From: Vicingaceae bacterium
GTDB taxonomy: Bacteria; Bacteroidota; Bacteroidia; Flavobacteriales_E; Vicingaceae
Direction: 5' to 3'
Assembly: GCA_026003395.1 (NCBI GenBank)
Contig: BPHE01000009.1
Location: 5,528 to 69,527, forward strand
Length of the DNA: 64,000 bases
Below are positions 30,615 to 41,244 of this stretch, in pieces. Position 1 is the first letter of the stretch. The number at the start of each line of letters is the position of its first letter. Made by a program: the position numbers and the translations under genes. The notes under the pieces were generated by a model. The model was not told the DNA's origin. It was given only the letters and a program-made list of their open reading frames with translations, and made no database searches.

Positions 30615-32374
30615 ATGATTAAATATTTTCTCCATAACCGTAATGTTTTATTGCTGCTTGTATTCAGTGTTTTTGCCATAAAGGTTGTAGCTCAAAAAGA
30701 ATACAAAATTTACCGTTCGAAATCAGGTATGATTAAGGCCGAGGGAAACTTGCTTAACGGCGTAGAGGATGGCCTTTGGAAATATTACGACGAAAAAGGG
30801 CGTTTATCCCAAATGATCCACTATGCCAATGGTGAATATCACGGTGAATTTATATCTTTTTATCCCGACAGCACGGTAAAAGAAAAAGGATAATTTCCGT
30901 TTCTCGATGAAGCACGGCCCATTTGTGACATTTTACACCGGAGGACAAAAAGCAGTTGAAGGATTTTATACCCGGGGATATAAAGACAGTGTATGGACCG
31001 AATATTTTGAAAACGGTAAAATACAAAAACAATATACTTTTCATTTGGACACGCTCGATGGTGAATATAAGGAATGGTATCCAAACGGGCAATTAAAATC
31101 AATCGTACTCTATAAAAAAGGGGGTGGAGTATCCTTTATATTTTTCTTCGCAGGATGGGAAAGTATTGTTAAATGAAGGCAACGGACAACTTATTGATTA
31201 TTACCCCAACGGAAAAATAAAGATTCATGCAACCTACCAAAATTCTTTGCCACATGGCAGGTTTTTGAAATACTTCGAAAATGGTCATACCATGACCGAC
31301 TGTCGGTTTAATGAAGGTAAACGGCATGGCGAATGCTTGACTTATTTCGAAAACGGAAACCTTTTCACAAAAGAGAATTATCTACATGACACTCTCAACG
31401 GGCCTGCTTTTGAATATCACGACAATGGTCAGTTGCATGTCAAAAAATTTTATTCGGCGGGTTTATTGAATGACACTTTCATCACTTATTTCAAAGACGG
31501 CAAAATTTCCACTTTGGGATTTTATAAAAACGGACTAAAAGAAGGGCATTGGCAATATTTTTTGCCTAACGGCAAATTGGATTTTGAAGGGGATTTTAAA
31601 GATGGAAAACGTCATGGACATTGGACATTTTATTTCCACAAAAACGGAAAGATTGAATGGGAGGGAGATTTTTTCGATGATAAGAAACATGGATTATTTA
31701 GGTATTATTATGAAAATGGGAATATTTGGAAAGAAGGAAAATATGTGAACGACCTAAAACAAGGTGTTTGGACTACCTGGAACGAAAACGGCATAAAAAT
31801 CATGGAAGGGCCGTTTGAAAATGGAAAAGAACATGGTCTATGGCGCTCTTGGTATGATTCCGGAAAGTTATTGCAGGAGGGGTATTTCGAACAAGGTTTG
31901 ATGCACGGTCCATGGAAAGGTTACTTCGAAAACGGACAATTGGAATTTCAAGGGCAATACAATCTTGGTAAAAAACACGGAGAATGGAAGTATTTTTATT
32001 CCGACGGCAAACCAAGAATTCTCGATACCTACGACAATGGCGTGCTGAACGGTTGGCATCAGGCATGGTTTGAAAACGGAAATATAGCGGAAATGGGATT
32101 GTATTATCAAAACAAACTTGATGGATTGTGGACCTATTTTTACGACAATGGGAAAAAAATGAGGGAAGCAAATTTTGTTCAAGGTCGTCAGGAAGGAAAA
32201 GTGACCACATGGTATCCATTTGGAGGCATAGAGTCGGAAATGAATTATAAGAATCATTTGCCTCACGGCAAATGGATTTATTATGGGAAAAAAAATGCAG
32301 AGGTGATTAAAATCATTGAATTTAAAAACGGTCAAAAAGTTAAAGAATATACCCCCGGTAAAAACAAAAATTAA
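30615..32374 (+). pseudogene. MORN-variant (YwqK-like) repeat protein, secreted; reading frame broken twice at homopolymers
   Basis: Three consecutive ORFs in frames 0, 1 and 2 (30615-30893, 30907-31176, 31124-32374) all carry the same G-x-W-x-x-Y-x-x-NGk repeat. The frames rejoin at the A5 run 30883-30887 and the A6/G5 run 31114-31124. Confidence 0.7.
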
Positions 32375-32404
32375 GAAAGCATGTAATCAATTACATGCTT
32401 TCTT
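32373..32404. terminator. terminator-like perfect hairpin between convergent genes
   Basis: 14-bp stem aagaaagcatgtaa / ttacatgctttctt with loop tcaa. Confidence 0.5.
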
Positions 32405-32470
32405 AAAGAAACTATTGCAACAAAATTATTTTATTGTTCCAATTTTTTGTTGATTTTTTCCAAGCGTTGC

Positions 32471-33079
32471 TCAAATGAGGCATAGCGGTTTTGCTGGTCT
32501 TGGGTGAGTTGATCCATGATGTTTTTGCAATTCCATCTGTTTTTGCATAATTTTTTGAGACACTTCCATGTATTTTTGAATGGCTGAAGTATCTCCTTTA
32601 TCGATAAAGTCGTCAACATAATTTTCAAACTCATCCATCAACCTGTCAATGTCATTCAAAACAGCATCTATTTTATTAAATGCCCCTTGAATGTTGTTGT
32701 TGTTTTCTCCACATTGATAGGTGGCATCGCCAAAAGCCAGCATAGGGAAAAATATTACTGGAAGGAATATCAGGCCAATGGTAAATCCCACACTTTTGCC
32801 GAAGCATTTTGATAAATTATGATAAACAATTATGGCAACGATGATATTAACAATAGGAATAAAAAACAGAAGAATCCACCAAACCGGTTTTTTGACTATT
32901 TGCAGAAGTACCACCATGTTGTAAATGGGAACAATGGAAGCCCATCCGGGTTTACCGGCTTTTTCAAAAATTTTCCAATTAGACACGATCATTAATCCGG
33001 CTACGAATAACAAGAAAATTAATTGTGGCAAAGGCAACGAAGCTCCTGCTTCATTTAACAGAATAAATAATGTTTTCAT
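32471..33079 (-). CDS. DUF5684-like small membrane protein (C-terminal tail possibly frameshifted; alternative end at 32431)
   Basis: TM-rich N-terminal half with the KIFEKAGKPGWASIVPIYN motif that I associate with DUF5684. See the finding on the tail. Confidence 0.55.
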   Translation of the reverse strand: MKTLFILLNEAGASLPLPQLIFLLFVAGLMIVSNWKIFEKAGKPGWASIVPIYNMVVLLQIVKKPVWWILLFFIPIVNIIVAIIVYHNLSKCFGKSVGFTIGLIFLPVIFFPMLAFGDATYQCGENNNNIQGAFNKIDAVLNDIDRLMDEFENYVDDFIDKGDTSAIQKYMEVSQKIMQKQMELQKHHGSTHPRPAKPLCLI

Positions 33080-33293
33080 AACAATTTGATTTTAAATTAT
33101 TTTACAAGGATATAAAAAAACTTTTAAATAAAAAAATTTAAAATTTTACACACCATATTTATTTTGTAAAAATTCAAATAATACAATGCTTGAGGAAGAG
33201 GAGATTTTTTATGAGGGAGAATTTTTTTGCCCGGCAGTTCTTCACGTCTTTTACTACCTTTCGCGGTCATGCTCCCATATCTTGAAGAGGCCA

Positions 33294-35717
33294 CTACCGC
33301 ACATTTGCCTGAAAATTGATTTTATAGTAAAAAAGGGGTAAAAAGCCCAATTGATAGTTGAGTTTGATGGGAGGTCTGTCTGTGCCTTGCACCGGCGCAA
33401 ATGTGTAGTTTAATATGTTTCTCCGGTTGGTGACATTGATCAGGTCTATGCCTATCTCGTGGGAAGCTTTGGGATTATTTACCAGGAAATTTATTTTAAA
33501 ATCCAATCTTAAATAAGGCGGAAATTGAAATTGGTTATATAAGCTGTCACTGAAAATGATTTCGCGTTCGGCAAAAGTTCTCAAAGTGTCGATGATTCCG
33601 TATCTACGGCTGCCGGCATAAGTAAACTTCGTGCCTATGTTCAATGTGCTTTTTTTTCCAGCTTTAAAAGTTTTGCCTGCCAAAAAATTGAAAATATACC
33701 TACCATTGAAGTCGGTGTTTCTCCATTTTCCGTCACTTGCTTTATATTTTGAATCATAGAGGGTAAGCGTAGACATTAAAAAATATTTGCCATACACAAA
33801 TTTTTCGAATGTAAATTCTACTCCCGTATTGTATCCTGTGCCTTTGTTTGTCAGTTCCGAAGGGAAAAACCTGCTGAAACTGCTGCCTTGATTTACCAAA
33901 GAAAATGCAGAAGGTTTCACTTCAACCGGAATATCGAAAAGATATTGATAATAAATTTCGGCTCTGAATCTGAACTTGCCCTGATAGGTATATCCTACCA
34001 CGTTGTGATGGCTTTTCATAGGTCCCACGTGTTGATTGATGATTCTCCGCCTGCCGCTGCTGTCGGGCTGAAGGTAAAAATACACATAAAAAGGAATGAT
34101 TTGTGAGTGCAAACCCATTCCGGCTGAAAGCATGTGTTTGGAATTTATTTTGAATTGCCAACCCACACGAGGTTCCGGAAACGAATAAGTGCTGTTGTAG
34201 CCAAAATATAATCCATGCAGGCCGAAGGTTATATCTTGTTTTTCATTGATGGAATGCAGTGCCTGTATGTAGGGTTGAACAATATAGGTGTTTTTGTTGG
34301 TATTCCATCTGACTTCCCAATGGGGCGGTGTTTCATAAAACTGACTGTCGTTGAAAAGTAATTGATAAAACTCTGCCACTACACCGGCTTTAATCCACCA
34401 ACGGGCAGCCGGACGGTAACTTGCATAGGCATGATCGGCTATTTTATTTTGTGTAAAATGAAAATAGAGATAATCATACACACTATCGATGACAAACATG
34501 CCATTGTTATCGACATGCCGGGCAATGTATTGGTGAAAGGCGTGCTGGTTTTCGTGTGAGATGGCCAGGGTGTTTTTAAACAACCATTTTTCGTTTACCG
34601 GATGGGTATACACAGCTCCGATTGTAGCCATGCGTGTGCCAAAGTATTGGTCCCGGTCATTTTGTCCGTAAAGATCTATCTCCGAAGTATCTTTTTGTCG
34701 GCTGATCACAATGTCTATATCGCTTTTGCCGGCAAGTCCGAAGACAGATATTGATTTACCGTCGTTTAAAGGGAAATTCAATTTGAAATTAAGATCCTGG
34801 TAACGTGGAACGGCATTGGTGCCAATGTCGATGCCTGCACCGCTGAAAAGGGCAAGGGTCGAATAACGGTAGGCCGCAAGATATGATGATTTTTGTTTTT
34901 TGATGGGCCCTTCAGCGGCGAGCTCTGTTCCCAGAAAACCAAATTGCGTGGTAAACTCGTGTTTTTCATTGTTGCCATTGCGGAGCTTCAGATCAAACAC
35001 AGCGGCAATGGCATTGCCAAATTCGGCAGGAAATGCCCCGGAATAAAAGTCCGAGTTGGCCAATGTTTTGTTATTGATGATGGTTACGGGCCCGCCTGTG
35101 CTGCCCGATACGGCAAAGTGGTTCGGATTGGGAATGGGTATGCCCTCCACTCTCCATAAAACGCCCAGAGGCGAATTTCCTCTCACCACGATATCGTTTC
35201 GGCTGTCGTCTGCGCCTTGAACTCCCGCATAATTTGCCACCATTCTTGCAGGATCAAAACGGCTGCCGACATACAACTCCGATTCTTCCACCGAGAATGT
35301 GCGGGCACTGACCACGGCCATCGGGTCGTTGCTCTGTATGCCTCTTTCTGCGGTAACTTCCACACTTTCCAATGCAATTGCCGAGGGCTGCAATGAAAAT
35401 TGCAACATCCTGTCTTTCCCTGCATTGACCTGTATGCCGTATTCAATATGTGTCTGGTATCCGATAAACGAAACAGAAATTTTGTATATGCCCGGATACA
35501 CATTGTCTATTTTGAACTGTCCGTTTTCGTCAGACGAAACGCATTTGACAAGGGTGGTATCTTTCAATAAGCAAACGTTGGCAAAAGGCAATGGTTGTTG
35601 GGTGGCTGCTTCTGTCACACGTCCTTTGATGGATTGTTGTGCCAAAACCCAAAACGGAAATAAAAATAAAACACTCAAAAATGCTGATGTAATTTTCTGT
35701 ATTGTAAACATGGTCAA
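33294..35717 (-). CDS. TonB-dependent receptor with carboxypeptidase-regulatory-like N-terminal domain
   Basis: 807 aa. Signal peptide, then GRVTEAATQQPLPFANV... (CarbopepD_reg-like), then IVVRGNSPLGVLWRVEGIPIPNPNHF and a long beta-barrel-like region. Confidence 0.85.
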   Translation of the reverse strand: MTMFTIQKITSAFLSVLFLFPFWVLAQQSIKGRVTEAATQQPLPFANVCLLKDTTLVKCVSSDENGQFKIDNVYPGIYKISVSFIGYQTHIEYGIQVNAGKDRMLQFSLQPSAIALESVEVTAERGIQSNDPMAVVSARTFSVEESELYVGSRFDPARMVANYAGVQGADDSRNDIVVRGNSPLGVLWRVEGIPIPNPNHFAVSGSTGGPVTIINNKTLANSDFYSGAFPAEFGNAIAAVFDLKLRNGNNEKHEFTTQFGFLGTELAAEGPIKKQKSSYLAAYRYSTLALFSGAGIDIGTNAVPRYQDLNFKLNFPLNDGKSISVFGLAGKSDIDIVISRQKDTSEIDLYGQNDRDQYFGTRMATIGAVYTHPVNEKWLFKNTLAISHENQHAFHQYIARHVDNNGMFVIDSVYDYLYFHFTQNKIADHAYASYRPAARWWIKAGVVAEFYQLLFNDSQFYETPPHWEVRWNTNKNTYIVQPYIQALHSINEKQDITFGLHGLYFGYNSTYSFPEPRVGWQFKINSKHMLSAGMGLHSQIIPFYVYFYLQPDSSGRRRIINQHVGPMKSHHNVVGYTYQGKFRFRAEIYYQYLFDIPVEVKPSAFSLVNQGSSFSRFFPSELTNKGTGYNTGVEFTFEKFVYGKYFLMSTLTLYDSKYKASDGKWRNTDFNGRYIFNFLAGKTFKAGKKSTLNIGTKFTYAGSRRYGIIDTLRTFAEREIIFSDSLYNQFQFPPYLRLDFKINFLVNNPKASHEIGIDLINVTNRRNILNYTFAPVQGTDRPPIKLNYQLGFLPLFYYKINFQANVR

Positions 35718-38681
35718 TTAATCTTTTTTTACAGGAAACGTCAAAATAAACTCTGTTCCTTTGTTTTCTTCGGTTGTAAAAATAATATTCCCTCCGAAAT
35801 TTTCCACAATCATTCTGACCATTGCCAGTCCGAGCCCCATTCCTGCCGATTTGGTTGTGAAATTGGGTTGGAAAATCTTATCCCTGATGTTTTCGGGAAT
35901 TCCCAAGCCATTGTCTTTTACCGATATCACAAGGTGTTTGCCCGTGTTTTTCAATTGAATGGCAATGTGGCCTTCACGGTCCTCCGGAATGGCTTGAATG
36001 GCATTTTGTATCAGGTTGTTCATCATTCGGACGAAATAATCTTTGTCACCGGTGATAAAAGTTTGTGTCGATGCTTCGTCGGTATTGAGCGATATGGTTA
36101 CGTGAGCAGTTTGATGCAAGGGAATGATATTTTGCAAAAGTTCATAAGGACAGATGGGGGAGGGACGGTAGTTGGGCATTTTGGCAAATGTGGAAAACTC
36201 TCCGGCGATATGCGCCAGAGTGTCGATTTGTTCAATCAGTTGAGGTATGGTTTGTTTGATTCGTTCCAACACATCCGGGTCGTGGTTGTCTATCGATCTT
36301 TGCAACAATTGCAATTTAAGTTTCATCGGTGTCAATGGGTTTTTGATTTCGTGGGCTACTTGTTTGGCCATTTCTCTCCAGGCAGTTTCTCTTTCTGTGC
36401 GCGACAATTCCTCAACGCTTTTGGCCAGTTCTTTCACTTTGTTATTATAGGCCTCTATCAAACTGCCAATCTCATCTTTTTCTTTCCAATCGATTAATTC
36501 ATTAGATCCGGAGAGTTGTAATTTGATGATTCTGTTTTTGAGCAATTCGAGCGGACGGGTTAACCATCCCGTAATAAAATAGGAAGCAACCGCAATCAAA
36601 ATAAACATCATCATAAAGATATTGATGAATCTTGATAAATACAAGTTTAACTCTTTTTCCAAATCTTTTTGTTTTGAAAAAAATGGCAGGTTTAACCATG
36701 CAATTATTTCGGATTTTTGATTGAACAAAGGGGTGTAGTAAGAAAAAAATTCCTGTTGTCCCAAACGCTCCTTAATCAAATAATCGGTTTTCATTTCGAA
36801 TTTCATGGCATCTAAGGCCTTACGGTTCATCAACGGACCTGTTAGTCCGGCCCGGAAAACTTCATTCCTTGAAGTGGCATATAGAAAACCGTCGGTCGTG
36901 TAGATATGGATATCTACAAAAAACAAGTTCGACAGTTTGGAAAGAAAGAAATCGAGGTAGGAATCCGGAAGGTTTGTCAGATTGCCGTTGGGTTCAATCT
37001 TTTCCATCAGTTCTGTTTTGATGGAACCCGATTTTTCTTTGATTTGAGAGAAAAACCTTTGAAAATACTGCTCTTTTACCGAAGTATTGACAAAGTAAAT
37101 TAACATGCCCGTAAAAATTATCAAGATGGCGATCATCGACCATTGCAATTTTGCTCCGAAACCACCGGAGAAAATTTTGGGCAATTCAAGTATTTGTCCG
37201 TAAAATGATCCGGTGATTAAATAAAACAATATACCGGCAAAATAAAACATAGAAAAAAGTGAAAGCAGGTCAGTGGTGCTCAATCTTGCATAAGCCACAC
37301 CAATGGTTACTATTTCGTTGCGTTCAAAAAGTACATGAAAAGATGAATGATCCGTGTCAATTGTTTGGGCGGGTTTAACGGGAAACGAATAATCGCCCAC
37401 CGAGTATTCTATATGATTATTGACATATTTGGCAAACGACAATCCGGGAATGTTGGGAGGTGAGATACCCGGCACATCTTTTATGAGCAATTCCGGAAAA
37501 CCTTCGTATTGCCAGTTGAGTTTTAAATAAAATTCCAGAAAAATTTTTCCTTTATTTGAGAACTTGTCTATTACCGTAATTTCCGAAACATAGGTTACAT
37601 TACCCTCGCTGCGGTAGGCATAATTGAGCCGGTTGCTTTTTAAAATGCCCTTAAACAGAGTATTGTGAAAGTAGGGGATACATGCAGTCAGGCGATTGTC
37701 AGGTTGAATGACCAATGAATCGTTTTCATCGCAATAAGTCACTCTGATGCGGTATTTGTTCCAAAAACCCTGAAAATACTTCTCTTCCAAATAATTTTTA
37801 AAAAAATCGGGATGCAACCAAAAAGTATGTATGCTATCGGCAATCAAAGGGTCTTGTTGTATTCTTGTGGCTATGTCGGGAAATAAAAATTCCGCCACAG
37901 GGTCGCGGTTATCTGCCAATTTTTGGGCAAATAAACGGGCATTGTCTTGTTCTGAGGTATTTATGGCCCGGGTTAGATAAATTGTAAGCGACAAGCAGGC
38001 CGGAATAAGCAAGGCAAAAATGCTTCTGAAATATTCTTGTAGAGGCCTGTTGCCAGTAGGCATCACGATAAATGCAAGGTGTAATGGCCAAATAATCGAT
38101 AACCACAGATTTTGGGCATAAGCAAATACAGTAAAGACCAAAATCGATATAGCCAAAAAAGTATATTTCAATGTGTTGGAAAATTTGTTCATAATGATAC
38201 CGGAAATCACTCTGATAGAGATGATCCAAATCAATAGTGGAATTAATAAAATAAAGGCAGCTGTAATGGAGTATTTGTCAAGAAGGTAAAATTTATCGAA
38301 TCTCAAGGATATATTGTTGTTGAAAAGAAACTGATGCCATTCAAAATTTATGATAATACCGGTAAGAATAAAAAATACGAACAACAAAATTTTTTGAAAA
38401 TTGCGGAAACGGACAATGGTTTTAAAAACCGTCAATATATACATTGTCGTATATCCAAAGACAATCAAGTTAAACAATAACTGACCCGGAGATTGCTGCC
38501 ATTCGTTGTAGGCATAGATTTGAGGGGAAAACCATTCGTCCCGGATATAATTCCATGGAAATTCCAATAACTGCAACAGCAACCAAACAAAAGAATAAAT
38601 CAACCAACCGGCATTTTGAATTGCAGGTTTTTCATGATAGCTGTAAAAAATATAGATCAAGTGGAATAAAAGAACTAACAA
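35718..38681 (-). CDS. polytopic sensor histidine kinase (HAMP-HisKA-HATPase_c)
   Basis: H-box AHEIKNPLTPM, N-box LIQNAIQA, G-boxes DNGLGI and GMGLGLA. Many TM segments. The frame stays open upstream of the annotated TTG start. Confidence 0.85.
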   Translation of the reverse strand: MLVLLFHLIYIFYSYHEKPAIQNAGWLIYSFVWLLLQLLEFPWNYIRDEWFSPQIYAYNEWQQSPGQLLFNLIVFGYTTMYILTVFKTIVRFRNFQKILLFVFFILTGIIINFEWHQFLFNNNISLRFDKFYLLDKYSITAAFILLIPLLIWIISIRVISGIIMNKFSNTLKYTFLAISILVFTVFAYAQNLWLSIIWPLHLAFIVMPTGNRPLQEYFRSIFALLIPACLSLTIYLTRAINTSEQDNARLFAQKLADNRDPVAEFLFPDIATRIQQDPLIADSIHTFWLHPDFFKNYLEEKYFQGFWNKYRIRVTYCDENDSLVIQPDNRLTACIPYFHNTLFKGILKSNRLNYAYRSEGNVTYVSEITVIDKFSNKGKIFLEFYLKLNWQYEGFPELLIKDVPGISPPNIPGLSFAKYVNNHIEYSVGDYSFPVKPAQTIDTDHSSFHVLFERNEIVTIGVAYARLSTTDLLSLFSMFYFAGILFYLITGSFYGQILELPKIFSGGFGAKLQWSMIAILIIFTGMLIYFVNTSVKEQYFQRFFSQIKEKSGSIKTELMEKIEPNGNLTNLPDSYLDFFLSKLSNLFFVDIHIYTTDGFLYATSRNEVFRAGLTGPLMNRKALDAMKFEMKTDYLIKERLGQQEFFSYYTPLFNQKSEIIAWLNLPFFSKQKDLEKELNLYLSRFINIFMMMFILIAVASYFITGWLTRPLELLKNRIIKLQLSGSNELIDWKEKDEIGSLIEAYNNKVKELAKSVEELSRTERETAWREMAKQVAHEIKNPLTPMKLKLQLLQRSIDNHDPDVLERIKQTIPQLIEQIDTLAHIAGEFSTFAKMPNYRPSPICPYELLQNIIPLHQTAHVTISLNTDEASTQTFITGDKDYFVRMMNNLIQNAIQAIPEDREGHIAIQLKNTGKHLVISVKDNGLGIPENIRDKIFQPNFTTKSAGMGLGLAMVRMIVENFGGNIIFTTEENKGTEFILTFPVKKD

Positions 38682-39285
38682 TATGAAAAATATACATATA
38701 ATCCCTTTTTTTAAATTTGTGGCAATGGGGTTTTCTAAGATCGATGTAAGGCAATTGCAGGTTATGATGTTTGATAAAAAAAAGATTTTGTGTGTTTTGA
38801 CGGTCAGGAAAAAATTTTAATTGTACATTTTCGTAAATATTTTCATTGAGTTGATTTTTCAAATACTTGTTCTCAAACGGATATTGATGATGAATAAGAA
38901 ACAATGCTGTGAATGTTTTGGAGGAAATATTTTTTTGTTTTACGTAATATAATCCGTTTTGAATAAACATACAAGTATCTAAATCGTTGTGAGGAAGTAG
39001 GCGTGGATCAATGTCGTGGTTGTTCCATGTGACGATTTCGCCTTTATTTGAAATAAAAAACAAGTAATCATTGGAGGGAATCGATTGTTTTTCGATGAAT
39101 GCAGGAAAAGATTCTTGCAGGGTCAGGATTTTTTCTAAAATCTTACGGGTGATTTTTTGTGCCAAATATGTATCGGTAACCGGCTTTATCTTGTTCCAAT
39201 AGATGATCGACAAAATGTTACCTGTCAACAGAATCAATACGATACCAAAAAATAAATGTTTATGTCGAAGCATCAAATTTTGCAT
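38632..39285 (-). CDS. probable N-terminal segment of the histidine kinase (TM anchor plus extracytoplasmic domain), separated by a frameshift at a T7 run
   Basis: 217-aa ORF overlapping the kinase ORF by 50 nt in another frame. Removing one T from 38706-38712 fuses ...HKFKK to GIICIFFILLVLLFHL... Confidence 0.5.
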   Translation of the reverse strand: MQNLMLRHKHLFFGIVLILLTGNILSIIYWNKIKPVTDTYLAQKITRKILEKILTLQESFPAFIEKQSIPSNDYLFFISNKGEIVTWNNHDIDPRLLPHNDLDTCMFIQNGLYYVKQKNISSKTFTALFLIHHQYPFENKYLKNQLNENIYENVQLKFFPDRQNTQNLFFIKHHNLQLPYIDLRKPHCHKFKKRDYMYIFHIVSSFIPLDLYFLQLS

Positions 39286-39420
39286 CTTCGGTCAATCTAA
39301 TTGCGAAAGTAAGAAAATAAACGGGATACTTTTCGGTTTAAATTCCAAACGCAAAGTGCATAAATTTTTCACCGAACCGGATATGAAATTTTGTAAAAGA
39401 ACAATTCAGAAACCACAAGA

Positions 39421-41244
39421 TTAACGTTGTTGTTCCTGTTCAAGGTGTTGTAGGATCACTGCAGCCAGTTTTTGGCCGGTAATTTTGGCCAATTCTTCAA
39501 AACCGGATTTTTTGATCTGTTCTATAGAACCGAAAGTTTGAATGAGTTTTGAGGCAGTTTTTTCGCCTACGCCGGGAATTTTTGTCAATTGTGTCCGGAT
39601 GGCCTTAACATCTCTTTTTCTTCTGTGATGGCTGATGGCAAAACGGTGTGCTTCATTTCGGATATGTTGCAATAGTTTCAAAGAGGGTGATTTTTTGTCG
39701 AGATAAAGTGGGTAAGGATCACCGGGAAAATAAATTTCCTCCAATCTTTTGGCTATTGACACAATACTGATTTTACCTCTCAATTGCAGCTCGTTCAACG
39801 CTTCAAGAGCGGCGTTTAATTGCCCTTTGCCTCCATCGATGACGATCAATTGAGGCAGTGGCTCATTTTCGTCAAGCAATCTTTTGTAACGGCGATACAC
39901 CACCTCTTTCATCGTGGAAAAATCATCCGGTCCTTCGACGGTTTTGACATTGAAATGTCTGTAATCTTTTTTGGAAGGCCTGCCGTATTTGAAAACCACG
40001 CAAGATGAAACAGCATATGTTCCCTGGATATTCGAATTGTCAAAACATTCTATATGTGTGGGTACTTCATTGATACGTAAATCCTCTTTCAGGCGGATCA
40101 AAATCTCCGGAATCGATTTGGCTTTTTCGGATGTAGTTTTTCTCAACAACCAATCCATGTAAAATTGGCGGGCATTTTTGTAGGACAATTCCAACAAACG
40201 GCTTTTTTCTCCTCCCTTTGGTACGGTTATTTTGGTGTTTTCAGGCGACCAATTGATTTCCTGGGGTACGATTACTTCTTTTGCTTCCGATAGGAATATC
40301 TGTCTGCACTCAAACAAAACTTGAGGGATTAAATCTTCCGGTTCTTCATCGGTGATTGCCTCCAGGTGTAGGTTGTATGACTGAACAACACGACCGTCTT
40401 CAACCTTTAAGTAATTGAAAAAATAATGCGTCTGGTCGCGGTGATAGGTTATTACATCTAAATGTCCAAGGTGGGCTGAAACAACAGTGCTTTTGTGTTG
40501 GTAATCATCCAAAATTTGTATTTGACGTTTTACTTCTTCTGCTTTTTCGAATTCCCATTTATCGGCCAGTTCCTCCATTTTTTTTTGCAACGATTCTTTC
40601 AACGGATCTATTTTACCTTTGATGATTTGTTTGGCACTTTCTATTTCTTCTAAATAATCTTGTTCTGATTGTTTGCCGGCACACGGGGCTTTGCATTTTC
40701 CGATGTGATATTCCAGGCACGGTCTGTAGCGGTTTTCCCGGATTTTTTCCGGACTTAGGTCAAGTTTGCATGTGCGTAGATGAAACATTTCCCTGATTAA
40801 ATGCATTAAAGATCGCATGGTGATGACCGAGGCAAAAGGACCAAATTTTTCGCCTTTAAATTTTTGGTGTTGCCTTGTGCTGATTATTCTTGGAAAATTT
40901 TCTTTGACAATGACAATCCATGGATAGGATTTATCATCTTTAAGATTTACATTATATCGCGGCTGAAGTTTTTTTATCAAATTATTTTCCAGCAAAAGTG
41001 CTTCCCACTCGCTTGCAACTACTATGTAATCAAAAAAGCGTATTTTTTTTACCAGTAATTTTAACCGTGCTGAGGTGTGTTCTTTTTGGAAATAGGACGA
41101 AACTCTTTTTCTGAGATTTTTTGCTTTACCCACATATAGAATGGTTTTGTTTTGATCATAAAAACGGTAAACCCCCGGTTTCTCAGGTATCAATGCGAGA
41201 TTCTTTTCAACATCTGATCGGATATCGAAAAGATTTTCATTCAT
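39421..41244 (-). CDS. uvrC: excinuclease ABC subunit C
   Basis: 607 aa. GIY-YIG (GVYRFYD...ILYVGKAKNLRKR), UVR domain, endonuclease V-like domain and C-terminal (HhH)2. Confidence 0.95.
   Translation of the reverse strand: MNENLFDIRSDVEKNLALIPEKPGVYRFYDQNKTILYVGKAKNLRKRVSSYFQKEHTSARLKLLVKKIRFFDYIVVASEWEALLLENNLIKKLQPRYNVNLKDDKSYPWIVIVKENFPRIISTRQHQKFKGEKFGPFASVITMRSLMHLIREMFHLRTCKLDLSPEKIRENRYRPCLEYHIGKCKAPCAGKQSEQDYLEEIESAKQIIKGKIDPLKESLQKKMEELADKWEFEKAEEVKRQIQILDDYQHKSTVVSAHLGHLDVITYHRDQTHYFFNYLKVEDGRVVQSYNLHLEAITDEEPEDLIPQVLFECRQIFLSEAKEVIVPQEINWSPENTKITVPKGGEKSRLLELSYKNARQFYMDWLLRKTTSEKAKSIPEILIRLKEDLRINEVPTHIECFDNSNIQGTYAVSSCVVFKYGRPSKKDYRHFNVKTVEGPDDFSTMKEVVYRRYKRLLDENEPLPQLIVIDGGKGQLNAALEALNELQLRGKISIVSIAKRLEEIYFPGDPYPLYLDKKSPSLKLLQHIRNEAHRFAISHHRRKRDVKAIRTQLTKIPGVGEKTASKLIQTFGSIEQIKKSGFEELAKITGQKLAAVILQHLEQEQQR

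Noticed and set aside
31800-32335. 139-aa and 155-aa minus-strand ORFs inside the MORN-repeat gene
   Set aside because: These are shadow ORFs of a repetitive coding region, and the plus strand shows the repeat motif throughout.
35868-36497. 209-aa plus-strand ORF antisense to the histidine kinase catalytic region
   Set aside because: The kinase frame carries the H, N and G boxes here. The antisense ORF is a typical shadow ORF.
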